A stretch of 64,000 bases of DNA, taken from positions 416,001 to 480,000 of the forward strand of contig CAVVUN010000002.1 in the NCBI GenBank assembly GCA_963751455.1, given 5' to 3'. Shown one piece after another: positions 35,788-45,151 of this stretch (its first letter is position 1; the number at the start of each line of letters is the position of its first letter). The stretch comes from Nitrospirota bacterium. Its GTDB lineage: Bacteria > Nitrospirota > UBA9217. Under the pieces are notes generated by a model. That model made no database searches and was not told the DNA's origin. It saw only the letters and a program-made list of their open reading frames with translations. Position numbers and translations under genes: made by a program.

Positions 35788-37518
35788 CTAGAAAGCTATG
35801 CCCGCGGCCATTACCCTGTTTCTGCCTTCCTTCTTTGCCCGGTACAAGGCTGCATCCGCTGCCTGAAGAACCTCTTCTGCGGTCATTCCGTCCTCCGGAA
35901 AACTGCTGACGCCGATGCTGACAGTGACCTTCCCGCCGGGCTGGGTCTCCTGCTTCGGGAACTTGCACCAGTCTACCATGTTTTTCAGCCGTTCCGCGAT
36001 CGCAATCGCCTGGTTCTTCTCTCCGGTTTCGAGCAGGAGGACCGCGAATTCCTCTCCGCCGTACCTGGCCACAATGTCCGTTTCTTTGAAATTGTCCCTG
36101 AGAATGTCAGCCAGTTTTTTCAGAAGAACATCTCCCTGAGGGTGGCCGTTCGTATCGTTGTAATGCTTGAAATGGTCGACATCTATCATCAGCAGGCTGA
36201 AGGTCCTTTTGTAGCGTTTCGATCTCAGGACCTCGCCGTCAAGCACCTCCTTGAACTCCCGGTAGTTCTTGAGCTCGGTAAGTCCGTCGGTTTTGGAAAG
36301 CTGCATTGTTTTCTCGTACAGCAGGGCGTTCGATACAGCCAGCCCTGCGGCATCCAGAAGCCGCATCGACGAGTCCATGTTCGCATTCATGAGTGGAATA
36401 TATTCCTTGGGCAAATTCATGAGGAAAGCGCCGACCGGCCTGAAAAGCTCGCAGCTTACGCAAAGCGCCAGCTTGTCCAGGTAATTGCCGAGCATCGTTC
36501 CCTTGCAATGGGTTCCAGCGAGCTCCCAGCATCTTCCTTCCCCCGGGTGCCCGTACGCGCGGCAGTGCGTATCGGAGCAATGAAAATACTCGAAGCAGGG
36601 CTGAAGCGACGCAGCCATAACCGGCAGGACCAGGCACCTCCTGGCCCCCATCAGATCGAGGGCCCTCATTTCATAATCCGAGCTAACAAGCCGCTGGTCT
36701 ACCACCATAGCGACACCACGGAGCACCGCATCCGTAAAACTGTTCTTGTCGATCAGCGGAATATTCAGCTCCTGGTTTCCGACACTCAGCGTAAGCAGCC
36801 GGCGATCTTTATTGATCGGCATATACCGGCTGGAGCTTGCCCCCACCAGACCGCGCAGTTCGTTCTCAATGATGGAAATGACCTCGGTAAACCGTATCGA
36901 AGACCGCAGCCGCTCCGAGAGAGAATAAAGGCGCAGCACCTCCTCGTTTTTTTCGTGCAGCTGTTTGCTGAGGTAGGTAACGAAATAGGCGGTCAGGAAA
37001 ACTGTGCTTATAAACGCCAATCCATATGATACGATCACGGTATAATCAGAGAAAATGATCGGTTCGTTTCTGAAGATGCCGTAGTGAGGCAGAACGCCCA
37101 CGTGTTTCATACCAAGAACGAGCGAAGGCAGGAGCACGGCTACCCCGGCGAAGCCGAAGGAAAAGCGCCACGGAAGAATGATGCCGCTTATCACGACGTG
37201 GAAAATGAAAAAATAAATGAAGGGGCTGTCACAGCCGCCCGAGAAATAAACCGCAAAAGCGAGGATAAGCTGGTCGAGAATGATCTGGACCAAAGCCAGG
37301 CGCTGGAGGTTTTCGCGCGGAGACTTCAGCTTCCACTGGTAAACGAGGTTGCAGGCGGTCGCTGTGCCGAGAATGGCGTAGACGGGAATAAGGGAGAAGG
37401 ACATTACCGCAACTTCGCGCAGCACGTGAGTAATGATGAGTACGCCGAGTATTCCTGCCCATCTGACATTTACAAGCCATAGCAACCGCTGTTTGAGGTC
37501 AAGTGTGTTGGTCAACAT
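35788..37518 (-). CDS. membrane diguanylate cyclase with GAF-like region and Cys-rich insert
   Basis: about 6 TM; DGLT.L.N, DVDHFK.YND..GH..GD, ARYGGEEF. Confidence 0.92.
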   Translation of the reverse strand: MLTNTLDLKQRLLWLVNVRWAGILGVLIITHVLREVAVMSFSLIPVYAILGTATACNLVYQWKLKSPRENLQRLALVQIILDQLILAFAVYFSGGCDSPFIYFFIFHVVISGIILPWRFSFGFAGVAVLLPSLVLGMKHVGVLPHYGIFRNEPIIFSDYTVIVSYGLAFISTVFLTAYFVTYLSKQLHEKNEEVLRLYSLSERLRSSIRFTEVISIIENELRGLVGASSSRYMPINKDRRLLTLSVGNQELNIPLIDKNSFTDAVLRGVAMVVDQRLVSSDYEMRALDLMGARRCLVLPVMAASLQPCFEYFHCSDTHCRAYGHPGEGRCWELAGTHCKGTMLGNYLDKLALCVSCELFRPVGAFLMNLPKEYIPLMNANMDSSMRLLDAAGLAVSNALLYEKTMQLSKTDGLTELKNYREFKEVLDGEVLRSKRYKRTFSLLMIDVDHFKHYNDTNGHPQGDVLLKKLADILRDNFKETDIVARYGGEEFAVLLLETGEKNQAIAIAERLKNMVDWCKFPKQETQPGGKVTVSIGVSSFPEDGMTAEEVLQAADAALYRAKKEGRNRVMAAGIAF

Positions 37519-37824
37519 CTAATTTACCAGTAATCGCTGCAACGGTTCTGTGACTGACGAAAAAGCACGGAATTTTATTAAACTTAAATGCACTTTTATG
37601 CAACACTATAAACCAGTCTAATACTTTTTTCAATACTTAGTTCCGTAATTCAACGTTTAGGATGGATTAATAGGGGGATAGGAGAAAAAAAAGTAAGAGA
37701 GAGCGGTGAGGCTCGCCTTTTGGGTTCGATCTTTCGATTCCGGCTTGTCCGGATTAGTCAGTACAAATCAAATTATTCTCAAAAACGGGAAGAAAAAATC
37801 TTATACTTTGCCACGGATTAACAC

Positions 37825-37990
37825 AACTATTCAGCTTCTTTTCAGAACAGCATTAAGACAAATCTAAGAAAAAGCCCTTCTATCCGCAGATTTCGCAGAT
37901 TGACGCAGATTCTAAAACCGGAATTCTGGTTTTGTTTTTATCTGCGAAATCTGCGTAATCTGCGGATAAAAAAATGACCTGAGTAGTTAC
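37825..37990. mobile_element. GTAACTA-ended MITE copy (inverted relative to 60741-60907)
   Basis: aactattcag...ctgagtagttac; near-identical to the reverse complement of 60741-60907. Confidence 0.85.
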
Positions 37991-38101
37991 AAGAACTTTT
38001 GCCTTTATCCGTGTTCATCAGCCTGTGCCCGCGTCTTGGCAACAGCAGGGTGTGTGCATCCGCGGCTAAAATGAATTTGTTTAGGTCTCGGTTTGTCCGG
38101 C

Positions 38102-38752
38102 TTAGGGATTTATAAGGAAGTCGTTCTTCTTTTGCTCCGCGTCGCGAACCAGTACCCGCCTGCCTTTTATGCTGAGTCTTCCTTCCGCAATCAATTGAAT
38201 GGCGCGTGAATAGATCTTATGCTCCTGGGCAAGTATCCGCTCGGAGAGGCTGTCCTCGGTATCGCTGTCCAGGACAGGTACGACGGCCTGAATGACGATC
38301 GGCCCTGTGTCCATGCCTTCGTCAACGAAGTGGACGGTGCAGCCGGAAAATTTGACCCCGTGCGCGATGGCCGCTTTCTGGACATGGAGGCCGGGGAAGG
38401 ATGGGAGCAGAGCGGGGTGAATATTCAGGATCCTGTTCGGATAAGCGCTGATCAGCTTCGGCGTAATCATCCGCATGAACCCCGCCAGGCAGACAAGTTC
38501 CACACCGCGTTTCCGGAGTTCCTTGACGATCAAGCCGTCATAAGCATCGCGCCTGCCATTGAAGCCGCTGGCGTCCAGATGCACACCGGGAATATTGTGC
38601 TTGGCGGCGCGTTCGAGAGCGTATGCATCGGCCTGGTCGCTTATTACCACAACAAGCTCGGCTGAAAGGGACCCGTTCGCGATGTTATCGATGATGGCCT
38701 GGAGATTCGAGCCGCGGCCGGAGACGAGGACGCCGATTTTGAGTCTTTTCAT
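38102..38752 (-). CDS. purN: phosphoribosylglycinamide formyltransferase
   Basis: SGRGSNLQA, LAGFM, NIHPALLP, GCTVHFV..DTGP. Confidence 0.97.
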   Translation of the reverse strand: MKRLKIGVLVSGRGSNLQAIIDNIANGSLSAELVVVISDQADAYALERAAKHNIPGVHLDASGFNGRRDAYDGLIVKELRKRGVELVCLAGFMRMITPKLISAYPNRILNIHPALLPSFPGLHVQKAAIAHGVKFSGCTVHFVDEGMDTGPIVIQAVVPVLDSDTEDSLSERILAQEHKIYSRAIQLIAEGRLSIKGRRVLVRDAEQKKNDFLINP

Positions 38753-38848
38753 AAAAGCCTCTATTTCAAATTGTAAATTGCAAATTTCAAACGAACAGGA
38801 ACCAGTTCAAAAATTTGCACTTTGCAATTTGCATTTTACAATTTGAAA

Positions 38849-39871
38849 TTACGCATACTTTACAACCTGCTTCCCCTTCACGATCTCGCCGATACGATAT
38901 GCCTTGTCCCCGAGCTTCTTCGCATTCTTCAGGAGGGCTTCTGCCTGCCTGGCAGGGACTGCCAGGATCATCCCGATCCCCATGTTGAAGTCGCGGTACA
39001 TCTCTTCGTCATCAATATCGGCCTTTTCCCGGATGAGCCCGAAGACAGGGTGAATGTCCCAGGTCCCTTTCCGGATCAGGGCTGAAGCGCCTTTCGGCAG
39101 CATGCGCGGCGTGTTTTCGGTGATGCCGCCGCCCGTAATATGCGCCATTCCGCGAATATCGAATTCCTTCATGAGTGCCATGATCGTCTTTGCGTAAATC
39201 CGGGTCGGTGTGAGCAGTACCTCTCCGAGCGGCTTGTCTAGTCCGGGGGGCACATCCTTAAGTCCATAACCGGCCTTTTCCAAAAGGACCTTACGGACCA
39301 GGGAATAGCCGTTGCTGTGTAACCCCGAAGAAGCCAGGCCCACAAGGACATCACCCGGCCTTATCTTCGAACCGTCCACGATCTTTTTCTTCTCGACGAC
39401 CCCCACGGCGAACCCCGCGAGATCATATTCATCCTCGGCGTAGAATGAAGGCATTTCCGCGGTCTCGCCTCCGATGAGCGCGCACCCCGATTGTTTACAC
39501 CCTGTCGCGATTCCCTTAACGATGTCCGAATGCTCCGTGGGCTTCAGCCTGCCGGTTGCGAAATAATCGAGGAAGAAGAGCGGCTCCGCTCCCTGGACGA
39601 TAATGTCGTTCACGCACATGGCCACAAGGTCTATGCCGACTGTATCGTGTTTCCCGGTCAGGAAGGCGATTTTTAGCTTCGTCCCGACCCCGTCCGTACC
39701 GGACACGAGAACGGGCTCCCTGTACTTCTTCAGGGCGAACAGCCCTCCGAACCCTCCTATATGCGTCATGACTTCGGGCCGGAAAGTGGACTTTACATAC
39801 GGTTTTATCCTGCGTACAAATAGATCACCGGCATCGATATCGACCCCGGCGTCTTTATAAGTAATGGCCAT
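38849..39871 (-). CDS. purM: AIR synthetase
   Basis: YKDAGVDI, DGVGTK, GGETAEMP, SSGLHSNG, AHITGGG, FNMGIG. Confidence 0.97.
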   Translation of the reverse strand: MAITYKDAGVDIDAGDLFVRRIKPYVKSTFRPEVMTHIGGFGGLFALKKYREPVLVSGTDGVGTKLKIAFLTGKHDTVGIDLVAMCVNDIIVQGAEPLFFLDYFATGRLKPTEHSDIVKGIATGCKQSGCALIGGETAEMPSFYAEDEYDLAGFAVGVVEKKKIVDGSKIRPGDVLVGLASSGLHSNGYSLVRKVLLEKAGYGLKDVPPGLDKPLGEVLLTPTRIYAKTIMALMKEFDIRGMAHITGGGITENTPRMLPKGASALIRKGTWDIHPVFGLIREKADIDDEEMYRDFNMGIGMILAVPARQAEALLKNAKKLGDKAYRIGEIVKGKQVVKYA

Positions 39872-39893
39872 GGCATCCCCTTAAATTTCGACG

Positions 39894-39922
39894 ATAGTAC
39901 CTGTAACCGGCAACGGTGTCAA
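39894..39922 (-). promoter_or_regulatory. sigma70 promoter of purMN
   Basis: TTGACA-17-TACTAT. Confidence 0.7.
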
Positions 39923-40157
39923 TATGTTATTTCTTGAAGAGGACGCAGAGATAATCAGTTATTAATGACATCATTTGGACGCGGATAAAATCGGATAAAT
40001 GCGGATTAAGACAGGAATGTCTGGTTTATCAGCGAAAATCCGCGTTCATCTGCGTCCCAGGTTGATAGGTAACGCTATGCTTTTCTTGGCGCCCTTTGCG
40101 TCTTTGCGCGAAAAGTGTTTCGTTTTACGGTGGTAAAATTAAGGAGGGAGATATGTT

Positions 40158-43100
40158 ATGAATTCGACACGGGAATTATGCAGCCTCGACTACCTGGTCG
40201 GGACTCTTTCTACCGCGTATAAGGGAGCTATTACCTCGCTTGCTGTCACGGATTTCTGCATGATCGAAGAAGGCGATTCCATCACCCTCAACGGGACAAT
40301 ACTCGCAATGCCGCAGGGGAACTATGATGCGTCGCTTATAGGCAGGGGCAATGAGCTTGCGAGGGCAAGGGTCGGGAACGGGTTCTTCGAGCTGAAGGCG
40401 CCTGGCGACACGGTCCGCGAGGCAAAGGACCTACAGATCGACATCGTGCAGTCGGGCAGGCATATCGGGACTTTCCTGCTCAAAAAGGAAAACAACCGTG
40501 GAATATATATTTCAGCTGCTGAATTGTCCGAGGAACTGAAAGGCTTCGATTTCAGAAAACTGACCGTTCGTTTGGGAAACAGGGTAGGACTGCTCAGAAA
40601 GGCTGAAGGCATTATTGCAGCTGTTTTTTCGACAAAGAAGGACTGGAATTCATTTTCACGGCAACTGCATACATTTTCTGCAGATCTTTTCTGGTCTGCC
40701 CCGGATGTTTTCTACGGGTCATTCGATATCCTGGTCCATTTTTCAGTCAAGAGCGCGGAAAGGACCGGCTCAGCAGATGCGGGCAAGCCTGTGGAGAATG
40801 TTCTCGATTTAATCGCGCTTCCGCTCGAGCATGAAGGGGACGGCAGGAAAATTCGCATGGCTGCCGGGGAATGGCTGAAAGAACTGAAAGCTTCTTCGCT
40901 GGATCTGTCCGTGACACCGCAAACGGCGGTGCGCATTCTTTCTTCAATTGCTGGGCGGTTCGCGGATATTGAAACGGAGCCCCTGCTCGAATCGCTTCTT
41001 GAATCGTTGAGGAAAAAGATAACCGCTCTTCCTCTTCTTCCTGAATCGACCGTAGATATGCTGAGAGCGCATTTCAACAGCGAGGAATATGAACTGATTA
41101 TGCTGTACACCAGCCAGGGACGGAGGCAGCTCCTGGGCAAGCTTGCCGAAGCCGGCCGCTCCCTGGAAAACAAGGAAATTGGAAAGGTATTCCAATTTCT
41201 CTTCGCGTTAAATACCGGTCTGCTGGACGAAGCTAAGACCGTGCAGCGGTTGTACGAGACGATCGCGGGCGCAATGAATGCAGGGTCAGCCGACTTGTTC
41301 GTATCGGGCCTGATCCGGCTTTTCGACCATTTGCGCTTTATGTCTTCTGCCGCGCTTGATACTATAAAAGCGAGCATACAGCTCATAATCCGTAAACTGG
41401 TCTCCTACGGTAAAGTTGAGGCGTGCCGTGCGCTGCTGAGCGCGATGAGCCGTATACCTTCGCCCGCGCTGGAAGAGCTGCTCCTGGACGCCGGGGTTGC
41501 GGGGGCGGTCCTCGATTCCGGCCGCAAAGAGCTTTCGGATGAGTACTCGGCCATCATCGAACAGATTGTGATACCTGCTCCGAAGGTACGCGAGCTATCG
41601 ACCGAAACCTGGGCCGAGATCGCCAACCCGCTGCATCTGGACCGCCTTATCAGATTTATGGACGTGTTGCAGGTCGGACAGGGACAGCTTCGGAATGTTC
41701 TTGTGCACGTCATTGCGAACCTCTCCATCAGCGGAGCATTCATCCCCGATGACAGGCTTTTCCAGCGAAGGGTTTCCTCGTATCTGAATTCCGCGGCAAT
41801 GCAGAATGATTTTCTTCTGAATTACCTCTTGCTGGAAAAATTGCCGGTCTACTATCACGAAGTCGGGGCCGTGAGCACGATACGGGATTACTCTACGGAG
41901 ATAGATTCCTGGGGGAACGATCCGGTCCTGTACTTTTTGAGGAAACAGGTCCATGTGAATGCGAGCAACTACAATGTACGCTTGATTGAAAAGATCATCG
42001 CTTCCTGGGTTTTCGATGATCCCTCCCTGGTGCGCGAAGCCGTTCCCGCGGATGTTTATCACGGTTTGAACCGCGCGCTTTTCCATGGGTATGCTCAAAG
42101 AATAAAACCTGTTTTTCAAGGGATGAGAGTGCTCGACGCTGAAGGCCTTCATTTGGAGAGGCTCATGCAGCTCACTGAGAATGAACTGCACGATACTATA
42201 GTGAAAAGCGGGGACCGCGGTGAAATACCTTCAAAGATTCTGCTCATCTGCATGCTGTACCGTGAGCTCATGAAGAAGTATTCTCTCAGTGACCGGGATT
42301 TCAGGCGGGGAGATGCCGTCCGGGTATTGGCGGAACATGTTGATTATGTGCAAAAGCTGAGAGAGCTCGTCCTGGCGGAGGAAAAAACTGTCGCCACCGA
42401 ATCACTTTATTTCAAACGGCACATTGCGTTCGGGATTCCTTCGGTGCTCGGCACGTATCATGAACCCAAGTTTGATGCAATGGCGCAACTGCTGCGCGCG
42501 GATGCCAAAGCAAGAGTGGTTCTGGAAGAAGCGACTGAGAGCATTGAGCGGGCAAAAAATGGTTTTACTCTGCAAGAGGCGCTTTCATGGCTCCAAATCC
42601 TTGCCTCCGGATACGGCATTTTAAAGATCCATGGGGCTGAGAATATGCAGCTGGAAGAACTGGGGGTTGCGGTAATTGAAAATAAACTGCACCTGTCGCA
42701 GGTGCGCGACATACTGGCTCTGTGGCAGAAAGAACTTGCCTGGATCGCGGAATCAATAAACCGTATTTTCCAGGAGAAATGCCTCGCTGATATCAACCGG
42801 TTCCCCAAAGACGAACTGCCCCAGTCCCTGATGAACCTTGATCAGGCAGCGCACGACTTTGCTCAAAAGGCGGCGGATATCGTGGTCAGGAATATCATCA
42901 GTACGGTTCCCGGTCTTATTGAGTCGGACCGAATGGTGGAACAGCTTCAGATCGCTTTCTCGGATACTGCTTTAACCCTTCAGGACCCGGTATTAAACGA
43001 GCAAAAATTATCAGAGGAGCGGCGCTTTTATCCGCTCTCTGAGATAGGGCGCGCGGATGTAATGAGACTCGGTCCCCAGCTCGGCAGCAAAGCGAAAAAC

Positions 43101-44552
43101 CTTGCGCTTCTCCAGGGAAGGGGTTTTCCTGTCCCGGCAGCCGTAGTCTTTCCGGCCGCACATACGCACGAAATCGGATCTCTGCACGGCCCGAAATTCA
43201 AGAATCTTCTGAAAGACGCGGTCTCTGATATCGAACGCAGGACAGGCGCCGGATTCGGGGACCCTGAAAGACCGCTATTTTTGTCCGTCAGGAGCGGTTC
43301 CTACGTATCCATGCCGGGTATATTGTCTTCCCTACTCTATTGCGGAATGAACAGGGAAACGCTTGACGGGCTTTCAGAAAAGAGCGGCGAGGCGCTTGCC
43401 TGGGATTCATACCGGAGATTCATCGAACAGTATTCAGTTGTGGTGCTCGGCCTTGATCCGGAAATATTTGAAACCATCATGAATACTATTGTCAAGAAAA
43501 GCCGTGTGTTCGAGCAGGAGGCGGAGTTTGACGGAGCGCACCTGAAAAGAATTGTCGAGCTTTATCAGGAGGAAATCAGCAGCAAAGGGCTTGCTATTCC
43601 CGATGACGTCTATGAGCAGCTGGGCCAAAGCGTCCGCTCTATTTATGCTTCATGGTTTACGGAGCGCGCTAAATCATTCAGGCGGGCGCTGAAGATCTCC
43701 GAACAATGGGGCACGGCTGTTATGCTGATGCAGATGGTTTCAGGGAACACGGCGGGGTCCGGCGCATCCGTCTTTTTTACCCGCAATCCGTTTACCTATG
43801 AGCAGGAAATCTACGGCGAGACCCGCGAAGGAGCCAGCGGAGATGATCTGGTTTACGGCAGGCACAGGAACCGTCCGATCGGCAAAATCCAGATTGCGGA
43901 GAAGGCTCCCGGACAAGCCCGGCAGACAACGTTGAGCCTCGAAGAAGTTGATCCCCATTTGTACGAACTGCACCGGGACCTTGGTCGGAAAGTGGAGCAG
44001 GCCATGGGCGGGCTTCCCCAGGAGATCGAAGCTACCTATGTCCTGCAGCCGGACGGAACAAAAAAGATTTTTCTCCTGCAGGCCCGGCGAATGGAATTCA
44101 GCGGCGGCCGCCCGTTGAGGTTCAGCGATGTGTGCATGATGGAAAATACCATCATCGGGAGGGGAATCGGCGGATACGGAGGAGCTTTAAGCGGCGTTGC
44201 GTCTTTTGCGCGGGACCGCGACGAAGTGGTCCGCCTTCACAGGGAGAGCGGACTGCCGGTGATCCTGCTCAGAATGACGGCGAGCACCGATGACGTCTCT
44301 CTTATGCCCGTGATTAGCGGCATTATAACATCGGCGGGAGGCGTTACGTCACATGCTGCAGTACTTGCACGAAAATTCGGGATAAACGCGGTCTTGGCAT
44401 GTACCGGCATGTCCATCGAGATTGATAAATACGGGGAACTTTTCGCACGAATCGGGGATGCCATCGTAAAAAAGGGGACAGCAATAAGTCTTGACGGCTC
44501 GACAGGCCTGATATTCTCAGGTGTATGCCTGATTACCGAAAAAAGAGCCTGA
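40158..44552 (+). CDS. large PPDK-like phosphotransferase lacking the pyruvate-binding domain
   Basis: GSKAKNL, PLFLSVRSG..SMPG, DSYRRF, G.SGDDLV.G, LLQAR, GGVTSHAAV; about 950-aa unknown N-terminus. Confidence 0.8.
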   Translation: MNSTRELCSLDYLVGTLSTAYKGAITSLAVTDFCMIEEGDSITLNGTILAMPQGNYDASLIGRGNELARARVGNGFFELKAPGDTVREAKDLQIDIVQSGRHIGTFLLKKENNRGIYISAAELSEELKGFDFRKLTVRLGNRVGLLRKAEGIIAAVFSTKKDWNSFSRQLHTFSADLFWSAPDVFYGSFDILVHFSVKSAERTGSADAGKPVENVLDLIALPLEHEGDGRKIRMAAGEWLKELKASSLDLSVTPQTAVRILSSIAGRFADIETEPLLESLLESLRKKITALPLLPESTVDMLRAHFNSEEYELIMLYTSQGRRQLLGKLAEAGRSLENKEIGKVFQFLFALNTGLLDEAKTVQRLYETIAGAMNAGSADLFVSGLIRLFDHLRFMSSAALDTIKASIQLIIRKLVSYGKVEACRALLSAMSRIPSPALEELLLDAGVAGAVLDSGRKELSDEYSAIIEQIVIPAPKVRELSTETWAEIANPLHLDRLIRFMDVLQVGQGQLRNVLVHVIANLSISGAFIPDDRLFQRRVSSYLNSAAMQNDFLLNYLLLEKLPVYYHEVGAVSTIRDYSTEIDSWGNDPVLYFLRKQVHVNASNYNVRLIEKIIASWVFDDPSLVREAVPADVYHGLNRALFHGYAQRIKPVFQGMRVLDAEGLHLERLMQLTENELHDTIVKSGDRGEIPSKILLICMLYRELMKKYSLSDRDFRRGDAVRVLAEHVDYVQKLRELVLAEEKTVATESLYFKRHIAFGIPSVLGTYHEPKFDAMAQLLRADAKARVVLEEATESIERAKNGFTLQEALSWLQILASGYGILKIHGAENMQLEELGVAVIENKLHLSQVRDILALWQKELAWIAESINRIFQEKCLADINRFPKDELPQSLMNLDQAAHDFAQKAADIVVRNIISTVPGLIESDRMVEQLQIAFSDTALTLQDPVLNEQKLSEERRFYPLSEIGRADVMRLGPQLGSKAKNLALLQGRGFPVPAAVVFPAAHTHEIGSLHGPKFKNLLKDAVSDIERRTGAGFGDPERPLFLSVRSGSYVSMPGILSSLLYCGMNRETLDGLSEKSGEALAWDSYRRFIEQYSVVVLGLDPEIFETIMNTIVKKSRVFEQEAEFDGAHLKRIVELYQEEISSKGLAIPDDVYEQLGQSVRSIYASWFTERAKSFRRALKISEQWGTAVMLMQMVSGNTAGSGASVFFTRNPFTYEQEIYGETREGASGDDLVYGRHRNRPIGKIQIAEKAPGQARQTTLSLEEVDPHLYELHRDLGRKVEQAMGGLPQEIEATYVLQPDGTKKIFLLQARRMEFSGGRPLRFSDVCMMENTIIGRGIGGYGGALSGVASFARDRDEVVRLHRESGLPVILLRMTASTDDVSLMPVISGIITSAGGVTSHAAVLARKFGINAVLACTGMSIEIDKYGELFARIGDAIVKKGTAISLDGSTGLIFSGVCLITEKRA

Positions 44553-44563
44553 AGCAACTATTT

Positions 44564-44695
44564 GATGGTTTCGTAAAAAGTCGAAAATCGCCGAAAGACC
44601 GTCATTCCGGCTTGTCCGGAATCCTTCTTTATCAACATGTTGTATGGCGAAACGATTCCCGACAAGCGGGAATGACGACTTTTTACGAGATCATC
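44564..44695. mobile_element. 132-bp MITE, same family as 8819-8951
   Basis: GATGGTTTCGTAAAAAGTCG...CGACTTTTTACGAGATCATC; AACTATT repeated on the flanks. Confidence 0.85.
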
Positions 44696-45151
44696 AAACT
44701 ATTGATTTGTTCGTAAGTCGGATTTTAACGGCAATTAATTTTTAAAATCGTTTTCTCCGCCTCTCAGCGCCTCGGCAATGGATTTTTGTTTATTTCGATA
44801 CAGATTCCAGAGTCTTGCGAATATTCGTAATCAATCCTTCCAGCCTTCACCTTTTTATAATACCTTCGATTTTAGAAAAATCTACTCAAGGCAATTCTTC
44901 ATAGTTTAGTACGATTGACAAAGAAACATCCACTGGTAACCTTAATTATAATATTAGAAATCCTTTGTGAATAATTGTTTTCACATCAAACCAGGAAACC
45001 ATCCGTCCTTCTAGACGCGTTGAAAGCGCCGCATATCGATGTCCGTGACAGATCTTATCAAATTTCAAGCAGGAAGCTCAGCAGGGGATTGCTTCTCAGG
45101 ACTGCTTTTTGATGCAACTGTTCCGGCTCGACTGGGGAAACGGAGGAGAAC

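Noticed and set aside
37520-37800. c-di-GMP or other riboswitch upstream of the diguanylate cyclase
   Set aside because: No recognisable riboswitch consensus was seen by eye; an Rfam scan would be needed to exclude one.
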